NCBI GenBank assembly: GCA_041659445.1
Contig: JBAZYG010000001.1
Coordinates: forward strand, 300,001 to 332,000
DNA from: Candidatus Saccharimonadota bacterium
GTDB lineage: Archaea > Nanobdellota > Nanobdellia > Pacearchaeales > GW2011-AR1
Reading direction: 5' to 3'
DNA length: 32,000 nucleotides
The translations under genes and the position numbers were made by a program. Positions 16,441-24,030 of the stretch are shown piece by piece (positions within the stretch are counted from its first letter, which is position 1; every line of letters starts with the position of its first letter). The notes beneath the pieces were generated by a model. That model searched no databases and had not been told where the DNA came from. It was given only the letters and a program-made list of their open reading frames with translations.

Positions 16441-16448
16441 TTTAAATA
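16441..16448 (+). promoter_or_regulatory. Proximal TATA box of the thermosome gene
   Basis: TTTAAATA starts 29 nt upstream of ATG 16470. Confidence 0.6.
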
Positions 16449-16469
16449 ATTACAGAATTATCTTAAAAC

Positions 16470-18089
16470 ATGGTGAAAAGTCCTGATTTATTTTCTGAAG
16501 ATATTTCTAGAATGATTGGTAGAGATGCACAACGAAATAATATTCTAGCTGCAAAAATGGTTGCAGACATAGTCAAAACAACTTTAGGTCCAAAGGGAAT
16601 GGACAAAATGCTGGTTTCTCCTACTAATGATATTATTATCACAAATGATGGCGTGACAATTTTAGATGAAATGCAAATTGAACATCCTGCTGCAAAAATG
16701 ATGGTTGAAATTGCTAAAACTCAAGAAAATGAAGTTGGAGATGGAACAACAACTGCAGTTATGCTCGCTGGAAAACTTTTGGAAAATGCAGAAAAACTTT
16801 TGGATTCAAAAATTCATCCAACAACAATTACTAAAGGTTATAATATTGCGCACGAAAAAGCTCAAGAAATTTTGAGAGATATTTCTTTAGAAATAAGTCC
16901 TGAAAACGACGCTGTTTTAAAACAAATTGCAATGACTGCTATGACTGGAAAAGGTGCAGAAAATTCCAAGGAAAAATTTGCAGAAATTATTGTCGAGGCT
17001 GTTAAAATGATTTCAGAAAATGGAAAGGTTGATTTGAATAATATTAAAATTGAAAAAATTATGGGAAATGGAATTAAAGATAGTGAATTAGTGAAAGGAA
17101 TTGTTTTAGATAAAGAAAGAATTTCTCAAGAAATGCCGAAGATGATTAATAATGCAAAAATTGCTTTGATTGATTTTCCTTTAGAAATAAAAAATCCAGA
17201 AATAGATACAAAAATTTCAATTTCAACTCCTCAGCAATTGCAAGATTTTATCGAAGAAGAAGAAAATTCAATCAGAACTATGGTTGAAAAAATTTTAGTT
17301 ACAAATGCAAATGTTTTGTTTTGTCAAAAAGGCATTGATGATTTTGCAAGTTATTTACTTTCTAAAGAAGGCGTTTATGCTTGTCGAAGAGTTTCAAAAA
17401 GTGACATGGAAAAATTAGCAAAAGCTACGAGTGGAAAAATTGTTAGTAATTTAAATGAATTATCGTCTAGGGATTTGGGTGAAGCAGATGTTGTTGAACA
17501 AATTAAAACGAAAAATGAAACTTTTAGTTATATTAAAGGATGCAAAAATCCAAAAGCTGTGACAATTCTTGTTCACGGCGGAACAGAACATGTTATTGAT
17601 GAAATTGAAAGAGCAATTATCGACGGGTTGGGTGATGTTGCTTCTGCAGTTGAAACTCGTTTAGTTGTTCCAGGAGGAGGAGCAATTGAAATTGAATTAT
17701 CAAGAAGATTAAAAGAATTTTCTCAAATGTTTCATGGAAGAGAACAATTAGCAATTTTTGAATTTGCAAATGCACTTGAATTTATTCCAATTACTCTAGC
17801 TGAAAATGCAGGACTTGATCCAATAGATATTTTAACTCAATTAAAAGCAAAACACGACGCAGGAGAAATGAATTTTGGATTAAATTTATTTACAAATTCT
17901 ATCGAGAACGCTTTGGGAGCAAAAATCATTGAACCATACAAAGTAAAAAGCCAAGCCTTGACTTCTGCTAGTGAAGTTGCAATTATGATTTTAAGAATCG
18001 ACGATGTTATTGCTTCAAAACCCAGTAAAAAAGGAAATATGAATCGTTCTGATTTTGGAAAAGGATTTGATATTGGAGGATTGGAATAA
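16470..18089 (+). CDS. ths: Thermosome subunit (group II chaperonin, Cpn60/TCP-1 family)
   Basis: [27 protein letters not shown] (ATP-binding) and VPGGGAIE motifs. 539 aa, typical length. Confidence 0.97.
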   Translation: MVKSPDLFSEDISRMIGRDAQRNNILAAKMVADIVKTTLGPKGMDKMLVSPTNDIIITNDGVTILDEMQIEHPAAKMMVEIAKTQENEVGDGTTTAVMLAGKLLENAEKLLDSKIHPTTITKGYNIAHEKAQEILRDISLEISPENDAVLKQIAMTAMTGKGAENSKEKFAEIIVEAVKMISENGKVDLNNIKIEKIMGNGIKDSELVKGIVLDKERISQEMPKMINNAKIALIDFPLEIKNPEIDTKISISTPQQLQDFIEEEENSIRTMVEKILVTNANVLFCQKGIDDFASYLLSKEGVYACRRVSKSDMEKLAKATSGKIVSNLNELSSRDLGEADVVEQIKTKNETFSYIKGCKNPKAVTILVHGGTEHVIDEIERAIIDGLGDVASAVETRLVVPGGGAIEIELSRRLKEFSQMFHGREQLAIFEFANALEFIPITLAENAGLDPIDILTQLKAKHDAGEMNFGLNLFTNSIENALGAKIIEPYKVKSQALTSASEVAIMILRIDDVIASKPSKKGNMNRSDFGKGFDIGGLE

Positions 18090-18532
18090 TGAAATTAGAA
18101 GAAATCAAATTTGGATATATTGATAGAAATGCAAATCCAAAAATTACAAAATTTGATAAAAAAAATTTAAAAAAAGAAGATAAATTTATACAAATAAAAA
18201 TTGAAGAAAATGAATATATCTTTGTTGGAGATCTTTATCATAGAAGAATTTTAAAAGAAGCTTTAGAATTTTTTGGAATAGAATATAAAACAAAATTTAA
18301 TAGAATGCATCAAGAAATGCCTTTAGGAATTGGAAATTCTTATCAAATAATTGGTGCTGGAAAAATAAAACTTTCAAATGAAAAATTAAAGTTTTATGAT
18401 GCTAGTTCAGATTATTTTGATTTAGTTAAGGGTGCAAATAAGCGAAATTTAGAAGATTTTTTTGGAAAAGTAAATGTGATTGACGAAAATGTTCTAGAAT
18501 ATCCTTCTTTTTTAGTAAATTTTAATATTTAA
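18089..18532 (+). CDS. Hypothetical protein, paralog 1; Janus/PHPT1-like motif pattern (putative phosphohistidine-phosphatase fold)
   Basis: The start overlaps the thermosome stop (TAATG), with GGAGGA 8 nt upstream. Motifs FIQIKI, LYHRRIL, YQIIGAGKIKL and FYDASSDYF are collinear with human PHPT1 FKYVLIRV, EYHADIY, ECLGGGRISH and VYGYSMAYG as I recall them. Confidence 0.6.
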   Translation: MKLEEIKFGYIDRNANPKITKFDKKNLKKEDKFIQIKIEENEYIFVGDLYHRRILKEALEFFGIEYKTKFNRMHQEMPLGIGNSYQIIGAGKIKLSNEKLKFYDASSDYFDLVKGANKRNLEDFFGKVNVIDENVLEYPSFLVNFNI

Positions 18533-18573
18533 ATCACAATAATACTTATAAATAGCTCTTTACAAAAAAAATT

Positions 18574-18972
18574 ATGGAATTAGAAGATAAATCCCAATTT
18601 GAACATAATTTTTTAGGTTTTGACATTAATGAACTGAGTCAGGATTTTATACAAATTTATATAAATAATTGTCCTTATTTTCAGTTTATACGAAGAGAAT
18701 CTATGGGTAGCGCAAAACATTCAGAAGCACTTGAAAAAATACTTGAAAAATTCAAAGTAAATTACAATAAAATAAGAATACATGGAAAAATGGTTCCTGA
18801 AAAAAATAAAGATGGCGAATATCAACTTGTAGGTGCTGGAAAGTGTTTTAAGATGGTTGATTATTTTGAATTTATTGGAAATAGCTCAGTTTATAATTGC
18901 GAACCAAACAAAAAACATTTTGATGAAACTAAAAAACCAGAAGGAATAAAATTTATTTGCCCAAAAGGTTGA
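18574..18972 (+). CDS. Hypothetical protein, paralog 2 of the Janus/PHPT1-like pair
   Basis: Shares FIQIYI, AKHSEAL, YQLVGAGKCFK and FIGNSSVYN with paralog 1. Own promoter: CAATAATACTTATAAA, with the TATA 29 nt upstream. Confidence 0.6.
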   Translation: MELEDKSQFEHNFLGFDINELSQDFIQIYINNCPYFQFIRRESMGSAKHSEALEKILEKFKVNYNKIRIHGKMVPEKNKDGEYQLVGAGKCFKMVDYFEFIGNSSVYNCEPNKKHFDETKKPEGIKFICPKG

Positions 18973-19011
18973 AATAAATAAAATTAAAAACCAATTTTTC
19001 TAAAATAAAAT

Positions 19012-20139
19012 ATGAATTATCACATCATCCTAACAGAAAGATGCAATCTTAAATGTAAATATTGTTATGAAAAATCTATGAATGAATTTGATAATGGATT
19101 ACAAAAAAAATGGGATTATGATAATACTGTTCCTTTTGATTCTGAAGTTAAACCTGAAAATCTTAAAAATTTTTTAAAACCAGGAGATAGATTGATTTTT
19201 TATGGAGGAGAACCTTTGATTATGCTTGAAAAAATAAAAGAAATTATGGATTTTCTCAAGAATTCTAAAATTAAATTTTGTATTCAAACAAATGGCATGC
19301 TCTTGAATTTAATTCCAAAAGAATATTTAATAAAATTCGAAAAAATATTAATTTCTATTGATGGAGATGAAAAAACAGATAATGAGAATAAAGGAAAAAT
19401 ACATTATAATCAAGTTCTAAAAAATTTGCAAATAATTAGAGAAAATGGGTTTAAAGGAGAAATTGTTGCAAGAATGGTAATTTCTCCACCAAAATCTTTT
19501 GATGTTTACAATCAAGTTTTACATCTCGTGAATTTAATAAAAAAAAGATATTTAGATTCGATTCATTGGCAGATAGACGCAGGATTTTATAAAAATGATT
19601 TTAACGAAAAAGAATTTTCAAATTTTGTTAATAAATATAATCATGAAATTACTAGATTAATTAATTGGTGGATTAAAGAAATAAAAAACGGAAAAATTTG
19701 GAAATTATATCCTTTTTTAGGCATTCTAAATAGATTAATGAAATGGGATAAAGAAACTAAAATTCATTGTGGAGCAGGTTATGCGAATTATACTATAACT
19801 ACTTCTGGAAAAATTTCTGCTTGTCCAATTTTAAATTCAGTTAAAAACTTTTATTGTGGAGATTTGAACACACCTAAAGAAAAACTTAGGAAAATTTATT
19901 GTGAAGGAAATTGTTTGAATTGTAACTTCTCAAAAATTTGTGGAGGAAGATGTTTATATTGGAATTATTCTCGACTTTGGCCAAAAAAAGGGGATGAACT
20001 AATTTGTAAAACAATAAAGCATTTAATAAAAATTCTCGAGGACAAAATTCCAGAAATAGAAAAAATAATTCAAAAAAATATTTTTTCAGAAAAAGACTTT
20101 AAATATGAAAAATATTTTGGCCCAGAAATTATACCCTAG
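19012..20139 (+). CDS. Radical SAM enzyme with a C-terminal SPASM domain (putative peptide/protein-modifying maturase)
   Basis: CNLKCKYC matches the CxxxCxxC radical SAM cluster motif, and FYGGEPL is a SAM-binding motif. The C-terminus has C-x12-G-x4-C (CGAGYANYTITTSGKISAC), then CLNC-x5-C-x3-C (CLNCNFSKICGGRC) and a trailing Cys, giving the 7-Cys SPASM signature. Confidence 0.92.
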   Translation: MNYHIILTERCNLKCKYCYEKSMNEFDNGLQKKWDYDNTVPFDSEVKPENLKNFLKPGDRLIFYGGEPLIMLEKIKEIMDFLKNSKIKFCIQTNGMLLNLIPKEYLIKFEKILISIDGDEKTDNENKGKIHYNQVLKNLQIIRENGFKGEIVARMVISPPKSFDVYNQVLHLVNLIKKRYLDSIHWQIDAGFYKNDFNEKEFSNFVNKYNHEITRLINWWIKEIKNGKIWKLYPFLGILNRLMKWDKETKIHCGAGYANYTITTSGKISACPILNSVKNFYCGDLNTPKEKLRKIYCEGNCLNCNFSKICGGRCLYWNYSRLWPKKGDELICKTIKHLIKILEDKIPEIEKIIQKNIFSEKDFKYEKYFGPEIIP

Positions 20140-20178
20140 TATAGTTATCTTTATAAGTAGAATTGATAGTTTATTTTT

Positions 20179-20421
20179 ATGGATTTAGAAAAAATAAAGG
20201 AAATTCCAGAAGAAAAATTAACAAAAATCTTGAGAGAAATAGACGAGAAAGTAACTGAAGCTATAGCAGAACAAGCACTTTATGCCGAAGGTTGGAGAGA
20301 TAGTTTATCAGAAGAAAGTTTAGATTTTTCTAAAGAATTTGATTTTTATAAACTAACAAATGCCGAAGCCCACCAAAAAATAATAGAAATAAAACAATAT
20401 ATTCGAAATGGATCAAAGTAA
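20179..20421 (+). CDS. Hypothetical small acidic protein
   Basis: 80-aa ORF. TTTATAAG at 20150-20157 is 29 nt upstream. Confidence 0.55.
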   Translation: MDLEKIKEIPEEKLTKILREIDEKVTEAIAEQALYAEGWRDSLSEESLDFSKEFDFYKLTNAEAHQKIIEIKQYIRNGSK

Positions 20422-20632
20422 AGAAAATAACTTAGATAACCTAATAATTTTGAAAAAAAGATTAGATGAAATTTTTATAGAAGGAGACGAACTTTCAAAT
20501 TGGAAACCTGGTTTGTCGCCAGAACAAAGAAAGATTGTTGAAATTTATGGTTGGGAAGACTTAAATAAATATAATTTATATTCTGAAATTTCAAAAGAAA
20601 TCTTAAAAGGACTCAAGCAAAAACATCCTTAA
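20408..20632 (+). CDS. Hypothetical small protein
   Basis: 74-aa ORF overlapping the upstream gene by 14 nt. Its 3' end overlaps the convergent TatD gene by 20 nt. Confidence 0.5.
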   Translation: MDQSKENNLDNLIILKKRLDEIFIEGDELSNWKPGLSPEQRKIVEIYGWEDLNKYNLYSEISKEILKGLKQKHP

Positions 20633-21350
20633 AATTTTTTTCTATTTGTTTTTCTACAAGCTCTTCAGAAGTTTTCCATATTTCTGAAATTTTTTTTATT
20701 GATTCTTTAATAAATGCAGACTGATTTTTCGTTTCCTTGTAAGGAGACAAAAACGGCGAATCAGTTTCTGTCAAAACTTTTTCTTTTGGAATTTCTAAAA
20801 TCATCTTTTGAAAATGTTCACTTCTTACAATATTTGTTGGAATTGAAAAATAGCATCCTAATTCCACTGCTTTTTTGACTAAATTAAAATTTCCTGAAAA
20901 ACAATGCAAAATTATTTTTAATGAAGAATATTCTTTTAAGATTTCCAAAACCTCTTTTTCTGCTTTTCTTGAATGTACTATCACTGGTAATCCATTCTCT
21001 CTTGCAATATTCAATTGAAATTTTAAAACTGATTCTTGAACTTTTTTATCTTTTCCTTCTTGAAAGTCCATACCAATTTCACCAATTGCAGTGATTGAAT
21101 TTTTGTGTTTTTCAAAAAAATCTTTGAAATTAAATAAATCATGTCTTGTAATCTTATCAGAAGGATATATTCCAATTGCCAATCGAACAATATCATAATT
21201 CTTCGCAATTTCAAGATTTTTTATACAAGAAATTAAATCAACTGAATTTGTAATTACGCTTGAAACATTTTCTTTCTCTGCATTTTTTATTAAATCAACT
21301 AATTCCTCTTTCTTAAAAAAATCTAAATGTGCATGAACATCGTATTTCAT
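20613..21350 (-). CDS. tatD: TatD-family metal-dependent hydrolase/DNase
   Basis: N-terminal DVHAHLDF (HxH). Later GEIGMD, VIVHSR and ILHCFSG motifs are typical of TatD amidohydrolase-fold nucleases. Confidence 0.9.
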   Translation of the reverse strand: MKYDVHAHLDFFKKEELVDLIKNAEKENVSSVITNSVDLISCIKNLEIAKNYDIVRLAIGIYPSDKITRHDLFNFKDFFEKHKNSITAIGEIGMDFQEGKDKKVQESVLKFQLNIARENGLPVIVHSRKAEKEVLEILKEYSSLKIILHCFSGNFNLVKKAVELGCYFSIPTNIVRSEHFQKMILEIPKEKVLTETDSPFLSPYKETKNQSAFIKESIKKISEIWKTSEELVEKQIEKNFKDVFA

Positions 21351-21351
21351 T

Positions 21352-22203
21352 TTAAATTAATGAAGCATAAAGCACACACCCTAAAATAATTAATGATAAA
21401 ATTATGCTTTTCCAATTTAATTTTTCTTTTAAGAAAATTACAGATGAAAAATAAATTAAAATTGGTCCTAACATCAACATTAAAGTTGTTGAAACAACTC
21501 CAATTTCAAGATATCCATAATAAAGAATTATTCTATATACTATCCAGATTATAGCGATTAAAAATATTTTAAGATTTAAACCACTATTTCCTTTTTGGAA
21601 TAATTTTGGTCTAAAAACTATAAACGTTAATATTCCAATTAAAATGCATCTTACAAAATAAAAAGTAATTGCAGAATAATAATCTAAAACTAGCCTTGAT
21701 AAAACTAATTCTAACGCAAATAATAAACTACCAAAAAGTGCAGCTAAAGATGCGGAACTAAATTGTAAATGATGTTTTTTAATATGAGCGAATACTAGGG
21801 CAACACCTGCAATTAACGCCGGAATTAATATTGAAGTCTTTGTTTCAAATATTGTTAATCCAATCAAACTAAATATAATTGAAAATAAAATAACAAAAAG
21901 AGGTTCAGTAATTCTTATTGGTTCTAATTTTGTTAAGGTTTCCTTTTTCAAAGAATAAAAAGTTAAGATATTTGCAAAAAAAGAAATTACAACAATAGCA
22001 AGCATTAAAAGAATGTTTTTTAATTGAAACGCTTCTGGTTTTGCATTCCAGAAAAAAAACACTAATGGAAGTAAAATTATAGAAATTGATAAAAAACTAA
22101 AAGTTTGAAAATGTTTTATGTTTACTTTTTTCTTTTTTAATAGGAATCTTTCAGCAACTGTTCCAGCAGCTAACGCAATTGCAGAAATTATAGGAATCCA
22201 CAT
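21352..22203 (-). CDS. EamA/DMT-superfamily transporter (about 10 TM)
   Basis: Roughly ten hydrophobic helices in two similar halves, each ending in an EamA-like FLKE/LKKE segment. Stop is 1 nt from the TatD start. Confidence 0.75.
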   Translation of the reverse strand: MWIPIISAIALAAGTVAERFLLKKKKVNIKHFQTFSFLSISIILLPLVFFFWNAKPEAFQLKNILLMLAIVVISFFANILTFYSLKKETLTKLEPIRITEPLFVILFSIIFSLIGLTIFETKTSILIPALIAGVALVFAHIKKHHLQFSSASLAALFGSLLFALELVLSRLVLDYYSAITFYFVRCILIGILTFIVFRPKLFQKGNSGLNLKIFLIAIIWIVYRIILYYGYLEIGVVSTTLMLMLGPILIYFSSVIFLKEKLNWKSIILSLIILGCVLYASLI

Positions 22204-22304
22204 ATTATCACCTTTTAAATATAAGAAAACTATCTTTAAAAACTCTTTTTATTCTTAAAACCTGAATTAGATAAACTTATAAATATTTTTTGACAAATAT
22301 ATCT

Positions 22305-22844
22305 ATGGTAAAAAAAGAGGAGTCTTCTTTAAACTTAAAAGAGAGAAATATTAGTTTGGTTTTAGATTCCTATGAAGATATATTTTCTAGTTTTGATCCG
22401 AGACTACCTGATTCTAGAGCTATTTCAGATGATTTTCTTTCTGAATGTAAAAGAGCGACGTTGGACAAAGGAGAAGATTTAGAATTAAGGTTATTTATAC
22501 CTAAAATTAAAAGAAGTTATCTTGAAGAAGTTAAAATAAAAAAGAGATTAAAAGAACATTTTTTAAAACATCATAAAGAAAAAGAAAAAGAGAGAAAAAA
22601 AGTAAGATATAGTGGTTTAATTTGGTTTTTTTTAGGAGTTTTAATTATGTCGTTAGAAACATTTTTTATAAAATATCGTGAAGGATGGATTATTGAATTT
22701 TTAATAATTATTTCTACTCCTGCAAGTTGGTTCTTTTTTTGGGAAGGACTTGATAAAATATTTATTACTTCAAAAGAAAATAAAATTGATTATGATTTTT
22801 ATAAAAAAATGCATAAATCAGAAATTTCTTTTTTTGAATATTAA
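22305..22844 (+). CDS. Hypothetical protein with two C-terminal TM helices
   Basis: ATG 22305 (MVKKEESS...) is preferred over the TTG at 22290 because CTTATAAA at 22276-22283 lies 29 nt upstream of 22305. Confidence 0.6.
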   Translation: MVKKEESSLNLKERNISLVLDSYEDIFSSFDPRLPDSRAISDDFLSECKRATLDKGEDLELRLFIPKIKRSYLEEVKIKKRLKEHFLKHHKEKEKERKKVRYSGLIWFFLGVLIMSLETFFIKYREGWIIEFLIIISTPASWFFFWEGLDKIFITSKENKIDYDFYKKMHKSEISFFEY

Positions 22845-22931
22845 TTTTAATAAAAATAAATTTCTTCTTAAAAGCAAATTACTTATTCAAAATAAAAAGA
22901 TTATTAAAATAAGATATATACTCTTTTTTGT

Positions 22932-23003
22932 GCGTGAGTAGTTCAGTGGTTAGAATATTTCGTTGCCAACGAAGTGACCCGGGTCCGAATCCCGGCTCGC
23001 GCA
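22932..23003 (+). tRNA. tRNA-Gly (GCC)
   Basis: Hand-folded. Acceptor GCGTGAG/CTCGCGC, D arm GTTC-AGTGGTTA-GAAT, anticodon arm TTTCG-TTGCCAA-CGAAG, T arm CCGGG-TCCGAAT-CCCGG, A73. 72 nt, no intron, no encoded CCA. Confidence 0.93.
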
Positions 23004-23009
23004 TTCTGT

Positions 23010-23150
23010 AAGGAAACGAGGTTTCCTTTTCTCTCGATTTCGTACGGGAAATTAAACTTTTAAATTACTCCTATCACGACATCGTTCGTGTTCAACCTTC
23101 CTCAAACACTGAACATCAACTTCAGAATTGCCTCCTACGAAGTTGCAATT
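23010..23150 (+). ncRNA. Candidate structured RNA between tRNA-Gly and tRNA-Val (unclassified)
   Basis: A locally GC-enriched island in AT-rich DNA with three hairpins: AGGAAAC-gag-GTTTCCT (23011-23027), CACGA-catcgt-TCGTG (23075-23090), CAACTTC-15nt-GAAGTTG (23117-23145). No ORF. The strand is not established. Confidence 0.25.
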
Positions 23151-23226
23151 AAAAATTAAAAAAACAAAAATAATAAAACAAAAACCTTTTTAACTGCAAT
23201 TTATCTTTAGATTTTATATTTACACA

Positions 23227-23297
23227 GGCCCGTTAGTCTAATGGCAGAACACTTCGTTTACACCGAAGAAGCGGAGGTCCGATTCCTCTACGGGCCA
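23227..23297 (+). tRNA. tRNA-Val (TAC)
   Basis: Hand-folded. Acceptor GGCCCGT/ACGGGCC, anticodon arm CTTCG-TTTACAC-CGAAG, T arm GGAGG-TCCGATT-CCTCT, A73. The D stem has one mismatch. 71 nt. Confidence 0.88.
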
Positions 23298-23366
23298 TTT
23301 TAACATTTTTAATCTTATTTTTGAGTATAACAATCTTTAAAAAAAGCTTCTTTTATTTATTTTAAA

Positions 23367-23969
23367 ATGAAACTCTTTGAAGATGAACTTACCAAATTAT
23401 ATCATTATGGTCTTAACTTTGCATTTCAACAAAACAACAACTACCTTAAAAGAGAAGATATTGAAGATATTGTGAGCGATTCCATGCTTGCATTATTAGA
23501 AAATTATGAAAATAAAAAATTTAAACATTTTAACATAAGATCCACAGAAACATATTTTATAAGTATTGTCAAGATTAAAATTTTTCAAAGAAACTTAAAA
23601 CTTTCAAAAGAAGCCAAAAAGTTAAAAGAATGGTTATTAACTCAAGAAAAATATGAACCTCATGATTTTTTTTATTCAGAAGAAACAAAAAAACAAAAAG
23701 ATTTAGGAGAATTTTTAATAGGTCTTTCAGGGGGACCGAAGTCAAGAAAAATCCTTTATGAATATTTTTTCGAAAAAAAACCTCAAATAAAAATAGCTCA
23801 GGAAATGGGGCTTGGAAAAATAGATGTTAAAAATCGTGTTTGCATTGCAAAAAAATTAATCAAAAAGAAAATAAAAAAAAGCAATTCGTTAAAAAGAGAA
23901 TTAATCGAAATATTAAAAAAACAAAAAAATTATAATGAAAATTTTGAAAGGATTTTTAATGAATTATAA
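23367..23969 (+). CDS. Sigma-70/ECF-like protein (region 2-like N-terminus, region 4-like HTH C-terminus)
   Basis: The N-terminus (LYHYGLNFAF....REDIEDIVSDSMLALLENYENKKF....TYFISIVKIKIFQ) is collinear with ECF sigma region 2. The C-terminus (SRKILYEYFFEKKPQIKIAQEMGLGKIDVKNRVCIAKKLIKKKI) is collinear with the region 4.2 HTH. Pattern match only. Confidence 0.5.
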   Translation: MKLFEDELTKLYHYGLNFAFQQNNNYLKREDIEDIVSDSMLALLENYENKKFKHFNIRSTETYFISIVKIKIFQRNLKLSKEAKKLKEWLLTQEKYEPHDFFYSEETKKQKDLGEFLIGLSGGPKSRKILYEYFFEKKPQIKIAQEMGLGKIDVKNRVCIAKKLIKKKIKKSNSLKRELIEILKKQKNYNENFERIFNEL

Positions 23970-24030
23970 AGAAAAAATTTAATCCTCTGGGAGTAACAAG
24001 CTTTATAAATACAAATTAACAATTTTAATT

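Noticed and set aside
22750-22941. 63-aa plus-strand ORF running into tRNA-Gly
   Set aside because: It overlaps the 3' end of the 22305 gene in another frame and then the tRNA, and it is a Lys/Ile/Phe low-complexity translation of AT-rich spacer.
22845-23366. Integrated mobile element or att site at the tRNA-Gly/tRNA-Val pair
   Set aside because: There is no integrase, transposase or duplicated tRNA 3' fragment anywhere in the window. Only the sigma-like gene is unusual.
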